Shown here one piece after another: positions 15,693 to 33,359 of a DNA stretch of 64,000 nt. Position 1 is the first letter of the stretch. The number at the start of each line of letters is the position of its first letter. The DNA is taken from the NCBI GenBank assembly GCA_039096225.1, contig JBBPEB010000007.1, forward strand, positions 1,302,001 through 1,366,000. The letters are read 5' to 3'. A model generated the notes under the pieces. The model saw only the letters and a program-made list of their open reading frames with translations, made no database searches and had not been told where the DNA came from. The DNA is from Blastocystis sp. Blastoise (Eukaryota > Protista > Bigyra: Opalinata). Both the position numbers and the translations under genes were made by a program.

Positions 15693-18445
15693 CATAATAA
15701 TAATAATAATAATAATAATATTAAGTATAATAATATATATAATAACTAATAGCAACTATCTCTATAAAAAATAATTTATTTTTATTCTGTTGATTCTCTA
15801 TAGACTGGTAAATTGAGTTTATGTGTAATTCAGAATCGTGTTCATTCTCTCTTTCTTCTTCTCTCTACTTATCTATCTACATTCGATTCTCTCTCTATTC
15901 CTCTTTCTCTTCCTGTTCAAGCCATTCTCTCTACTATCTTACCTCTTCTGGATCTCTATATTCCCACGGGAAATAGATCTATAGATATTTCAGAGAATGG
16001 TATTGCTCTCTCTCCATCAGAACAAGCACTGCTTCTACCATCAATTTATAGATATTCTATGAATGTATATTTATATATTTATTTTATATAATATATCATT
16101 ATTATTTATTATTATCATGCTATATTATATAAGTATGATCTATTCATTTATTTTTATTGCTTTATATATATATATATATATAGTTCTTATCGAAGCTCTT
16201 TAGAATGATAGGATCATCCCTTTATGTTTATGGAGCTCAAATAACCACGGTTCTTCCTTCTTTTGTAGATCGTGCTCTTCGTGATAATGATATTTATGTT
16301 GTTATCGATACATTGAAATTTCTTACTACTTTGTATACACTTTGTCCTGCATTTTATCCTTCTCTTTCTTCACGTTATATGGATATATATATCTATTTAC
16401 TCAATAAACATAATCAAAGATATGAAAATACGTCTATTATTATTGAAGATTTAGGTATATATATATATATATTATATATATATTATAGTTGTCTATTTAT
16501 TTTTATATATAGGCAAACGTAAGGCTCAGAATAAGAAGAAGAAGATCCCTATAAATGTCTGTTTAACCAATGAAAATGACTCCAAGTCACGTGTTACATA
16601 TCAAGAACAAGAGGAAAAGATCCAAATCACGTGGGATACACATGATCGCTATCAAGATGCTTTGACATCTCTTCTTGATTTTATGAATGTATGTATATTG
16701 AATTGTTCTATTTATATTACTGTCGAACAACGAGAATCAATTGATATATTCTTATGGAAATATATATATCAATATATATTTACTTCTTATTTCACACAGT
16801 ATCTATTATTTCTATCTCTATTTATCTATATACTATATATAACTGTATATATCTGTATATGTATACTTTATGTTATATATATATATAATATATAGTAAGA
16901 ATATGGGTATTCATGTGGATCCAATATCAACTGTGTATTCTATACTTCGTCTTATTCATTCATCTATATTATCTCCTTATCCTAATGGTTTCTTATCTCC
17001 TCTTCTTTCCTTATCAATGTATATATATTCAACAATAGCTACACTTTCAGAAGATTTACAGGTATTCTAATATTATTCTATATTATTAAACTATTATTTA
17101 CATTTATATATTATTAAACTATTCTATACATTTTATATATTATTAAACTATTCTATACATTTATATATTATTAAACTATTCTATACATTTTATATTATTA
17201 AATTATTCTCTACATTTATTCTATACATTAATTCGATACTATTATCTAATATAATATACTCTATATAGCTTCGTAGCTACAGTACTATGTGTAATGCGTC
17301 TATATCTCTTCTTCTTCATTCTCCTTCTCCTCATATCTGGATCCATAAAGATAGTATATATTTACTATTTCTATTCTATATATATATATATATAGTACCT
17401 ACCAAAGTAGAGTTGATTTCTATGCCTGAAACATGTATATTACTCATTTTTATTCATTTATTTATCTACTTTTCTACTTATATAGATTCTATATCAGAGG
17501 AAAAAACTAGTGAAACTCCTGAAGAAACTTCTATTAAATCAATCGACTCCCACGGGAATATTGCTTCGTTACCTGAACCTATTTTGCCAAAGGATAGTAT
17601 CTTTTTCTCATCTTCATATATAGAAGGTATTAAAAGAGAACGAGACATATTTGTAGAGCAAGACAAGAATCAATCCATTGTTAAACGACTGAAAACAGAA
17701 GAAGTTTCTGATGAACCAATTCATTCTAGTCATATCTCTTCTTCTGCTCCATCTACTGATATCTCAATGGAGGCACAAAGCGAAACTCAACTAGAACAAT
17801 CAGTTCCTAAGAATATCATGAACAATCAATCGTCTTCTTCTGAATTCTTACCATCAAATTTATTCCTTAGTTATAAGAAGCAGGAGCCTCAACCAAATAC
17901 TACGTATATACTATTTATATAAAAAATATATAGATATTTCAATAAATTATTTTTATTTCGTTTCTGATTTCATTTTTTTTGTTTGTTTTTACTAATTCTT
18001 GAGTATTATGATATATAGAACTGTACAAGACAATACGACTATGCCGATAGATCATATTGATACTTCTATTCTTACAAATAGTAACAATATGGATATATCG
18101 ATATCATCTTTAAATGAATCTAAATCGGTCAATGTACAGGGCAACACTTCTCCTATACCTGACAATACTGAGAATACTAGCGTATCTAATTCTACGCCTG
18201 TAGTCAATGAGAAACAAGTTGAAATTAAATTAGTGGAACAAGGTCACGTGACTTCTAGCCAAGATTTCAGCGAAATTGAGAATAATGAAAATCAGCCATC
18301 GTCTTCCGGAACCACCAACTTAAAATTGACAACCAATCTTGAAATTGAAAAACCTCTTGATTATACTGCTGATACTCTTGTTGGAAGCAGTGAATTAGAT
18401 ATGGATATTGAGCTTCCTGATATTGTGGATTATGATATGGAGTAG
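14418..18445 (+). CDS. Rix1/PELP1-like rixosome subunit, multi-exon
   Basis: HEAT-like N-terminal half with LPVQAIL..., LLLPSIY and LLLHSPSPHI (Rix1 HPR.P-like). Acidic disordered tail ends DIELPDIVDYDME*, typical of Rix1/PELP1 homologues. Confidence 0.65.
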
Positions 18446-18804
18446 ACAAGCTACTAACTATTTTATAAGCTATTTTTTTTTAAAGAATTTTTTTAAAACC
18501 AATTTTATATATCGTTTTCATTGTAAGTTAGCTATGTTTGGTTCCATGGTCTATTGGTCCTTAGAGTCCAAAGAAATAGACTTCTTTCCAAAATTATTTC
18601 TTTCAGTCACTTATGCCAAATTAACAAGCTTTGTTGTCCATTCACGTTTGGAAAACATGTACCACAACACGTTGGAAAGGACTATTACATATAGGAGTAT
18701 TGAAATCAATACATATTTTTGTATTTATAAAGAAAATAGTGGTTCATATATAGAAAAATAAAGAAAAAAATATTATTTTTGGGTTGAATTGAGTGAGTGG
18801 TGGA

Positions 18805-22308
<3,504 letters not shown>

Positions 22309-22712
22309 GTGGTGGAGAATAAATTCGTTTAAATTATATGTACCAAAAGAATTGAGCCCTAATTCAATGTTTGAAAGGTTATTATTCTGGAAGAAAACAC
22401 AAATTAAATGGGAAGGGTATGGACATTATTGTGTTTGCGATTAATTTTGATAAACGCTACAACTTCTTATTATAATCACGAATATGAAAAAAAGTGGGAA
22501 AAGTTTATGTTTCCCTCAAAGAAACAAAGATTCCGCGGGACTATGGCTATTGAAATTTTCATGAAACGTTTAAGTATTATAAAAAACTTATAATTATCAT
22601 GGGTTTTTAGGGAAAGTGGAAGCAAATAGAATTTTAATTACAAATTCATGACTTGAATACCACTCAAGAAAAAATCAAAAATAATTTGTTTTTGTTTGGA
22701 TTTACTTTCAAA

Positions 22713-23564
22713 ATGAACAATAGAGTCTCTGAAGACTACCCTGACTTAAGTGAAGACACACTTGTTGCGTATGCTTATTTGATTTTGAATAAAACAAAAA
22801 CATCGATCTTATTTGCTATTTACTCTTCTTCTATAGTATCGATTTGACTAAATTGAATCAAGGCCTGATTACTCAAGTAAGTTATACACTATTTCTAGGA
22901 TCTAGATACATTTTTACAGTTTGAAACTCTTCGTGTATTACTTGAAAAGATTAAGAATGATCCGAAAGCTCGAGCTGATCTTTGGGATTATGTGTTCACG
23001 AGTCTGGACTTTTTAAAGACCAAGATTTATGACCCTGAGTCGTATCGTTTTAATCAATTTATTTGTGTATGTTACTATTTTTATTCTATATTTAAATCAT
23101 ATCTTTTATTACAAAAAATAAATATATTACATTTTTTTTATTTATCATTTAAATATTTTTTATTTATTTATCATTTGAATATTTTATTATTATTATTATT
23201 GAATATATATGTAGTTACATTTGGCTGCTCTCGGTGCGATGAGTTCTGTTGAGGATCGTAAAGTCATCCAACAGCTGTTGCATAGTATTTATCGTTGTGC
23301 CGGAAACTGCAAAGATAGCAGTCTAGGTTTTTTCCTATTCTGTGAGTGTATTTTATATGCTCAAGACGATAGCGTAAGTATTCTAAATTTTTTATGTTTT
23401 TATTCTACCTATTTTATATTTGCTATTATGCTATTTGTACTATATTTATAATATTGTCTTTATGCCGATACGTTATATTTTAAACAATAAAATCATAAAT
23501 AATTAAAAAAAAAATACGGAAGATGAATTCATTTCCGGAATGTTAACGTGGCTATTTAATAGAA

Positions 23565-23601
<37 letters not shown>

Positions 23602-26600
23602 TTATTGCATTTCTTTGCTTGAACGCTTTTGCTTATTCGCTATTCTTTCTCTATATATATAATACATTTTCTTTTTGTGTGTTACGTCATAAATAATGAT
23701 TTGCCTTCTGTATACATTCTGTTGGAGACTTTCTAAGTCTGTTAAACGTATACTTTAATAAAGACATTTATGATTGTAAACAAATTATAAAAATGAGAAT
23801 TTTTGATTATGTATATATGGTGTCTAATCTTTAAATAGACTGTTTATATATTGTAATATTCTTGACATTATACATTTTTATATATAAACAATTATATATG
23901 TTAACTATATTTATTGATTTATATATATATAGTTGATATACAGTCAAATTGAGTGTATGATTTTTGATTACTCTCGTAGTCATCGTTTCATGTTTGGAAC
24001 GACTTGCTTTTTCGCTGGTTTAAAGGTTTTTAGAGAAAGTCCACTGAGTATATTGTTTATACTATATATATGTTCATAATATATACAAATCTATTTTATT
24101 CTTTATTATATTATATATACATTTTTATTTTTAAAGATATATATATAATATTTATTAATTTTATATAAAATTCATTAGTTATATATATATTTTTCTAGTT
24201 TTATCACGTCTGTGGCATACAGTTACTGGCTATATATTTATATATATGAGTATATGGTTACAACGTGCTCTTTTGAAGACCACGTTGGCTCAATTCTATA
24301 CTTGTCTTGTTGGCTCCGTTGGCCGATTACCCTCTAGCTGGGAAATGGTTTATCATATTCTAGATACGTATATATATATATATTATTTATAATAAAACCA
24401 TTAACATATTATATTATATAGGTTTCAGAAAAATGAACTAACCAAAGATATAGCCTCTGTTAACTTTATAGCTGGTGATATACCTGATTTATGTATATAT
24501 ATGTTTTTTATATTATTATATTATTATATTATTATATTATTATATTATTATATTATATATAATATACAAATCTATTTTCTATATAGATAAGCCATATAAT
24601 TCATGGTTGGAATATAATCATAGTTGGATTCATTATTTGAGTCCTGTTGATCCTAAAGAAACAATACCTTGCCCTGAGTCGCTGGACACGCTTCTCAAGG
24701 ATACGTATTATCTCCCTCCTCAAGGTGTGCCTGTATTTAAACCTTTTAAGTACTTTGAAGCACATCCTGAATTACCTCTTGCTCAAGAATACTTAAGTAA
24801 CCCTTCTGTATGTATTATTAAACTTATACTCTTATTACTTTATATCTATCATCTATATACTATTCTATTATTACTCTTTATAGGCAATTCTTACCGAAGC
24901 TATGCCAAGTCTTTCGGATAAGGCTGTATATATTATATATATTATATATATTATATTATATTATATTATATTATATTATATTATATTATATTATATTATA
25001 TTATATTATATTATATTATATTATATTATATTATATTATATGACTAACGATAATATATATTATATAGTTTGTAGAACCGATTTCAATTCGTGCTCCAGGT
25101 GCAGTACCTGAAATGGATAATGACGAAGTATATAAAGATGTAATCACCGTTAAAAAGATGTTGGAAGGAACTATTAATTTTACTCATTACGTACCTTCGA
25201 AAAGATTAGAACCAGAAGCATTTGAAGCATTCCAAGAGGAATTAGATAAATCAAGAGGATATAAGAAACTTGTAACTACAAGAGTTGATAATGATGGGTT
25301 ACCATACTATGTTTCTGCTCCTATTCGACCCACTGGTATTGCTTCATCAATGGCTGATTCTTTAAGAACATCATCTCTCTCTGCTTCTGCTCCTAGTGCA
25401 CTTCCTATAAATTCATTAAATAAGTCTGGTGTTGTCAATCCATATGTTCAGACTAATACTGTGAAGAAATGGACTTCATTACTAGATCCTAAAGAATATG
25501 TACCAACGGAACTCGATATAGCATTTGAAAAAGCTGTAAATACCGTTCACGAACCTTTACCTAGTTTTGAAAGCATTAAGCAGAAGAGCAAATTTTATCA
25601 GTCTATGCATAAACAACCAGATACAGTAGAAGGTAGTTCAGGTAGTATTGTACAATCCAAGGGGATTCAATTTACTAATACTCCTTCTGTTGTTCCTACT
25701 GGTACTGGAACTAAACCTCTTAATATACCACTTAAACGTATTCATTATGCTAGAGGTCCTAATGATAGTACGTATATAATTAATGATGATGATGATGAGA
25801 ATAATCCCGATTATTCTGCATTCACGAATAATAATGATAGTACTTCTATACGTCGTCCTGGAATAGAATTTAAAGATCCACTTGCTGCCTATAGAAATGG
25901 AACTCATATTATTGATTATAATTCTCCTCGTTTAACAGAAATTAAACCTGCTGTTGCTCCTGTTACTAGTATAGCTCCTGCTTCTGTAACTACTCCTGTT
26001 GTAGTTCCTGCTTCTGTAACTACTCCTGTTGTAGTTTCTGATGTTACTACTACTCCTGTTGTAGTTCCTGATGTTACTACTACTCCTGTTGTAGTTCCTG
26101 CTTCTGTAACTACTCCTGTTGTAGTTCCTGCTTCTGTAACTACTCCTGTTGTAGTTTCTGATGTTACTACTACTCCTGTTGTAGTTCCTGATGTTACTAC
26201 TACTCCTGTTGTAGTTCCTGATGTTGCGACTTCTGGTGCTGCTTTGTCTGAAGTGAATATCAATGAGAATGTGATTAGTTCTAGTTCAGTGCCTGTCGCA
26301 GGTTCTAGTTTAATTACTCCCTCTGATAATAGTAATTACGTAAAATGGAATGCTAATTCTGATGAAGAAGAGAGCAGTGTTCTTTATGAAGGCAATGCTA
26401 ATTCTGATGAAGAAGAGAGCAGCGTTCTTTATGAAGGCAATGCTAATTCTGATGAAGAAGAGAGCAGCGTTCTTTATGAAGGCAATGCTAATTCTGATGA
26501 AGAAGAGAGTAGTGTTCTTTATGAAGGCAATGCTAATTCTGATGAAGAAGAGAGTAGTGTTCTTTATGAAGGCAATGCTAATTCTGATGAAGAAGAGAGC

Positions 26601-29600
26601 AGCGTTCTTTATGAAGGCAATGCTAATTCTGATGAAGAAGAGAGTAGTGTTCTTTATGAAGGCAATGCTAATTCTGATGAAGAAGAGAGTAGTGTTCTTT
26701 ATGAAGGCAATGCTAATTCTGATGAAGATGTTCATAATAGTGATGATGTCACTGGCTATACTGATAATGTTAACGTTGAATATGTTAATAATACTAGTAA
26801 CGAACAAGTGGCTAATGAACAAGAAGAAGGTGATTACAATGATGAACAAGTAACTAGTGAACAAGAAGAAGAAGAAGAAGAAGAAGAAGAGGTTACTAGT
26901 GAACCAGTTACTAGTGAACAAGAAGAAGAAGAAGAAGTAACTGATGAAAAAGAAGAAGATGCTAATGCTGTTATTGCTCCTATTGATTCTACGTCCCAAG
27001 AAGTTGTTTATCCTCAGGAAACTATTAGCAATTATGAAAATAATGGTGAAAATAGTTCTTTTGTTATTCAAAATGAGGATGAAAACGTAGAACAGATAGG
27101 AGATCAATTTAATACTGATAGCAGTGCTGAAGAAATTGAAGAACCTGATTTTTCTGATGAAAATGATGATTCTAATGTCCCTTCGAATACTAGTTCTCGT
27201 ACTGGATCACCTGTGACGAACACTGATGTTGCCACTGGTGGTATCAATGAAGACCATTCCTACGAGAATAATGATGTTGCCGAAGAACAAGAATGCCAAG
27301 AAGAAGAAGAAGTAGAAGAAGAATGTAATGATGATGATGAAGAAGAAAAAGAAGAAGAAGAAGAATGTAATGAAGAAGAAGAACAAGAAGAATGTAATGA
27401 TGATGAAGAAGAACAAGAAGAACAAGAAGAATGTAATGATGAAGAAGAAGAACAAGAAGAAGAATGTGACCAAGTCCCTGAGGCTGTAAGTATGGATGAG
27501 TCTACTATTACTCAAGACAACCAAGTATATATTTACTTATACATTAATTTTTATTTCATTATATTTAGTATGAAGACATTAGTGTGCAGGATGCTCCTAC
27601 TACTACTATTCCTATTGCTGTTGCTGCTTCGTCTCCTATTTCTAAAGAAATACATGATGACAATGTAGTTCCTAGTAGTACTTCTATTCCTACAAGTTTC
27701 AAACCAACTCCTCTTGTAATTCCTCAACATGAAGATCAATCTGTCATGTCTGTTGATACGACTCCATCCTCTTATTCTCAGGCTACGAATTCCGCTGAAT
27801 ATCCTAATGTTGATGCTGAAACTATCGATTATATTCGTAAATCTACTCCTGGTCTTGTTGTACCTAATACGGATCGAGGTCAAGAAGAACCACCTTTAAG
27901 TCCAGGTCATGTCTCTGTCTCTCCTATTATAAGTAATCCTAATATACTTATAGATACGAAAAAGATATATGAAGAAGGAGACATTGATCAACTTTTTGAT
28001 TTACCCACTTCTATGGATAGTCCTATAGTGAAAGCTCGTGCTACTCCTCTCAGTATGCAACATAGTCTTAGTAGTTCCTCATTGAAGCTTGAAACTCCTT
28101 TGAATACTCCTTCTACTACTCCTATTCATACTCCTTTGAATACTCCTACTCCTACAGAGAAAGATATTCATATTGATAGTAATGATGCTATAGGTCGTGA
28201 TGCTTCTCGTATTACTCCTGTTAATACGACTCCTATTACTCCTATTACTCCTACTACTCCTACTAGTAATACGAGTACAGATACAACTACAACCACATCT
28301 ACTATTCCTACTTCTATTCCTCATCCCTTAAGTATGAATCCAAGTATTCAATCGACTCCTAGTGCTTCTCCTTATCCTGCACTTGCCCCTTTTGTTCGTC
28401 GTCCAAGTAGCAGACCTAGTACACCTAAAACACCTATCATGGGATCTTTTATTGTTGCTAAACCTCATGAAGATTCTGGATCTACTACTCCTATTATTGC
28501 CTTGAATAAGAATACGAGCAACTTAAAACGTATTATTCGTTCTCAAACACCGCTAATTCATTCCTTTACTCCTCAAGATCCGTGTCGAAGCCCTCTAAAT
28601 CTACCTAAGGAAGAAGAAGGAACTGACACTGAATCCTCTGTCATGGATTCCGAAATGAAAATATCTATGGACCCCTCTGCTAATGAAGTAGAATTAAGGC
28701 ATATATTTATATATATTTTTTTAAAAATTATATATATATAAATATATATTATATATATATATTATTTTAAAATTATAATTATATATATATATTATATATA
28801 TATTTTTTAAAATTAATTATTATATATATATACTATATTTACTATTCATTACAATATATTAATATACATTATATTCTATAGATCGTCCAATAATGATACT
28901 TTCTTGCCTCCTAATTCCCCTGGGAATCATGCTACTTCTCTTAATGCCTCTATTACTTCTGGAGTTCCTACACCTACTGCCTATCGTGGTATTCGTCCTA
29001 TGACCCCTAAAACAGGGTATCTTAACCATGTTGGTAGTTCCAATGACTTCGGTAGTCCAAAGAATTCTAGTGGCATGCTTCGTCCATCTACACCTCAATT
29101 GAAGTCTCCTTATAATCTCTATAGTCCTCAATTGAACAATAGTAATAATAGACCTACTACTCCTAGTGGATATCGTATTCCTTCGTCTCCTTCTATTTAT
29201 ACGAATTTGAAGAGATATCCTTCTCCTGCTCCCTCACCTTATATGCGTGCTAGTACACCTAGTTATATCCCCTCTCATATTTATTCTAGTACCAATAGTA
29301 ATGGAAATGGATATAATAGTCCTGCACCCCTTCCTCCTTCAACACCGAATTCCCACGCTTATATGAACCGTGTACCAGGTACTCCTACGTCACGTTATAG
29401 TCCCGCTCCTAACAGTAATGTATTATCACGTTTAACTCAACAAGATAGTAATTCTGTTAGTGTCAGTTCTTCTCCTCTTTTCAGTTATTCCTTTAATTCG
29501 ACTTCATCTCCTATTCTGAAGAATATTATGAATAGCCCTCGTATCGCTCTTACTCAAAGTCCATCTTTAGCCCCTACTCTAAATAATACTGTTATTCATT

Positions 29601-29808
29601 ATTTAGATTCACCTAAACCTCCTTCTATTTTAGATACTATTAACCAACCTGTATATAGAATATTTTATTTTATATTTAGATATATTATTATTATTAAAAT
29701 ATTATTTTTATTATATATAGAAAGAATACGATACAATTCCCGACTTAGATTTACAGAGTGATAAAGAATATCATGATCCTGATGAAGATAACAAGGTATA
29801 TATATATA

Positions 29809-29849
<41 letters not shown>

Positions 29850-32409
29850 TTATATAGAAAGGATTATTACCTGGATTATATAGTATTCCCATATTCAAAC
29901 GTGCGAAGAAACCATTATCGGTATATAGAATCATATATTATATATTATATATATTATATGGATCCTTATTTTTATAATTTTGTACCTATAGTTATGTTGT
30001 CGTGCATTTAAAAGACTGCTTATTATTCTTGTTGCTCTTATTACGGTTGTTGTTTTAATCCCTATAACTGTGATGCGAAATAGTTCTACTATGATTGACT
30101 ATGTTGAACACGCTGATTATTTCCCCTATCGTAATAGTACACTCGATTTGCTGCATCAGATTAAAGCCGCGGATACAAGAACTGTATGTTATCTTTAAAT
30201 AATAATTTTATGTATTATAATATTCTCTTTCTTTTTTAAACATTATTTCATATTATAATAATATATATATAATTATATATATATATAGTTTGGTGCTTAT
30301 ACGCCGAATGACCGTAATAGTATATTCCGGTATATGGAATATTATGAGCGTACTCATTTATTTAATTTCCGTTGGGGTGTTTTCCCTGAAATTGAACAAT
30401 GGGATTATGATCCTATGGAAGTACCTGAAAGAGATCGAGATCAACATGTTGAAGTTAATGCTAATAAAGTTCCGGGTGTCGAGTTTATTCCTGATTTAAC
30501 TCCTGAACAATTAGCTCGTATGTGTGAAATTACGTCTGATCTGATATTCCCATTCATTCATATTGATAAACAAAGCAAATATAGAATTGAAGATATGACT
30601 ATAAAGAAAGATGCAGATGCTATTGATGTTGACGATGATGACGATGTGTCATCACGTGCTCGTAGTAGTGTCTCTTCTGAAACGGATAGTAATAAAGATG
30701 AAATTATTTATGATGATAAGAATGGTATTGATCGATTAGATTTAAATAATAATGATATTTGCTTACGATGGAATGTCACAGAAGAAGTAACTGAAATCGA
30801 AGTACCTATTGATGAAGAAGGTAATGAAATTATTTCTACTGTTTGTCCTATTGAAGAAGTTGCTGCTAATACTACTGTTAATGCTGTTACAGATACTAAA
30901 CATAATATAACTCTAAGTTCTAATAAGACTTCAAGTTCTAATATGACTACTATCAATAGTATTCTAAATGCTAAAAATAATAGAACTTCTAATATTACGA
31001 CTCCTCTTTCAATGAAGCTTCCTAAAAAGAATATTAATGTTAAACGTTTGGATCCATTATACGATGATGACGAAGATGAAGATAATGATGTTGAATATGT
31101 TCCTCCATTTCCTACTCATAAAACTAAGAAGGAACAAAATACTCGTGTTATTAAAAACAATATTATTCCTGTTACTAACAGTAAAAAGCAACGTGCTGTT
31201 CCTGAAGATATACCTACTGCTGTTGATGAAAGTGAACAATCTATTGCTATTACTGATAGTAAACAATTCACTCCAATTACAGAAGGTTTACCTACTGCTA
31301 TTACTGATAGTCAACAATGTTATCCTCGTACAAAGAAAGTTATTCGAATAATTAAACATTATATTTGTATTCGTAATAATATGACTGCTATTGCTACTAA
31401 TGATACTACTCCCTCTTCTATGAATGAAACTGCTACTACTACTACTACTCCTGTTACTCCTCCTACTATTACTATTCCTATCATGAACGATATATGTCCT
31501 CTTTCTACTCTTGCTACTGTTATTAATCCTCAATGTTTATATCATGTTGTTGTTTCTAATGGTGCACTTACTCTTTCTCTTCCTGAAGATCAAGATCCTC
31601 TCTATATAATGTCCATTCCTACAATCACCACCAAATGTAAGGATGAAATGAATATAGAGACGGAGTCAAAGGCTCAGAGATCACCACACTCTGTTCCTGA
31701 GACAAATCTTCCTAAAGAAGAAGAAGATATTGATGTCCCTAGCACCTCTAAGACTTCTAGTGTTGTTCCAAATTCTCCTCTGACTGCTGATGAAATGAAG
31801 GATACTACTGTCACCACCTCTAGTATCTCTCCTTCTGATGCTCACACAACACAGAATCTTGAAGATAAACAGTATGTAAATACTCTTGAAGAGATTTCTA
31901 CTACTCGTAAACCTATTGTTCATGGCTGGATTCGATCTTATCATCTCTGGTTAAGTAGTTTTATTCATTATTTAGATAGTATTCTATGCAGTATTCTAAG
32001 TTGTTTCTTTGATGTTCAGTTCTCTGATTATTCTTATTATATTGACACGACATCTATTGTTGGATTCTTCTGCTATATGATTTATTTCGGTTCTATTCTC
32101 TATGGTATTTATTTATTCTTCTGTTCTCTTTACAGTCATTACCATCAATTCTTTATGGATCACGTGACCGACCGCAATCTACTGGTCAAGATAGACGCTT
32201 TCTTCCGTTATGATACTAATCAATATATATATTATGATGAAGATAGTGGCTGTTATCGTGATGTCTTTGGAAAGGAAACTACTTTCGGCTGTGAGAGACC
32301 TGCTGAGTATAATTTGGAATATCACGACACTTGGTATAATACAGTTAGTGATATCAGTGATATCAGTGATAATACTGATGATGAAATGGAAAGAATTATG
32401 AATATGTAA
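22713..32409 (+). CDS. Giant (>2500 aa) repeat-rich protein with at least 2 predicted TM segments, function unknown
   Basis: All exons from ATG 22713 to TAA 32409 join in phase, including a 22-nt intron and a GC-AG intron. Order: helical N-terminal domain, tandem repeats, acidic block, SP/TP-rich block, TM ~30016-30075, N-x-S/T-rich segment, TM ~32055-32130. Confidence 0.7.
25977..26222 (+). repeat. Coding 30-bp tandem repeat x8 (PASVTTPVVV / PDVTTTPVVV)
   Basis: cctgcttctgtaactactcctgttgtagtt and its variant, arranged as AABB blocks repeated twice. Confidence 0.9.
26349..26727 (+). repeat. Coding 45-bp tandem repeat x8 plus a partial copy (NANSDEEESSVLYEG)
   Basis: Unit starts at 26349, 26394 ... 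26709. Copies differ only at synonymous agc/agt positions. Confidence 0.95.
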
Positions 32410-32805
32410 ATATTAAAATATGTATTCATCTTATTGAATCATATTCTCTACTTATCTATTTATATTTATATATTCTCTCTTATTTTACATCTTTTCTAAT
32501 TCATTTTCTTTATTTTGTTTGATCTATTTCTTCGTATATTCTTCACAATATATTCTATTCATTCTTCTTTTTTTTTTAAACATTGATTCTGATCTTTATC
32601 TTTTTTCATTTTTATTTCGTTCTTCCTTTTGGTTGATTATTCTTGGCTATGTATGTTTCTCTTCTAAGATATATACTTCTGCTTGTTCTATTTACGCGAG
32701 ATTTTTTGCGTTGTAAGAGTTAATTCTTGAAATAAGGAGCAATCATTTATTTCTAGAATTCGTTATTTTTTCTATATATATATGTTATATTTTTATATAT
32801 ATAGA

Positions 32806-33010
32806 TTCGTTTTTATTTATATTTAATATATATTTCGTTTTTATTTATATTTAATATATATTTCGTTTTTATTTATATTTAATATATATTTCGTTTTTAT
32901 TTATATTTAATATATTTTTCGTTTTTATTTATATTTAATATATATTTCGTTTTTATTTATATTTAATATATATTTCGTTTTTATTTATATTTAATATATA
33001 TTTTGTTTTT
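32806..33010. repeat. 28-bp intergenic minisatellite x7
   Basis: Unit ttcgtttttatttatatttaatatatat. Confidence 0.9.
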
Positions 33011-33359
33011 GCTAGTTCCCTAGCTTTATTATATATGTACATATATTGTTATTCTTTATACTTGCTTTTTTTTTTGCATTTATTTTTAGAATAATGTTAT
33101 TTACTTCGTTTTTCTTTTTATAAATATATCTTTTTTTTTTTTAATAATTGCTATATGTAGATTATTTAGGGATAATTTATATATTTATGTTGTTTTATTT
33201 GTAACATAGCGTCGTATATATATATTTATATATATACATATATTGATTATCATCACTAAACATATTTTTTTTACAGAAATATGATGATAATCGTAAAACA
33301 ACTATAATATATATTTTGTCTTTATCTTTCTATATATATATCTAATAGGTGTTTTTTTC

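Noticed and set aside
23374-23932. Possible intronic snoRNA in the long, less repetitive intron of the giant gene
   Set aside because: A short palindrome is present (~23518-23537), but I found no convincing C/D or H/ACA box pair. An Infernal search would be needed.
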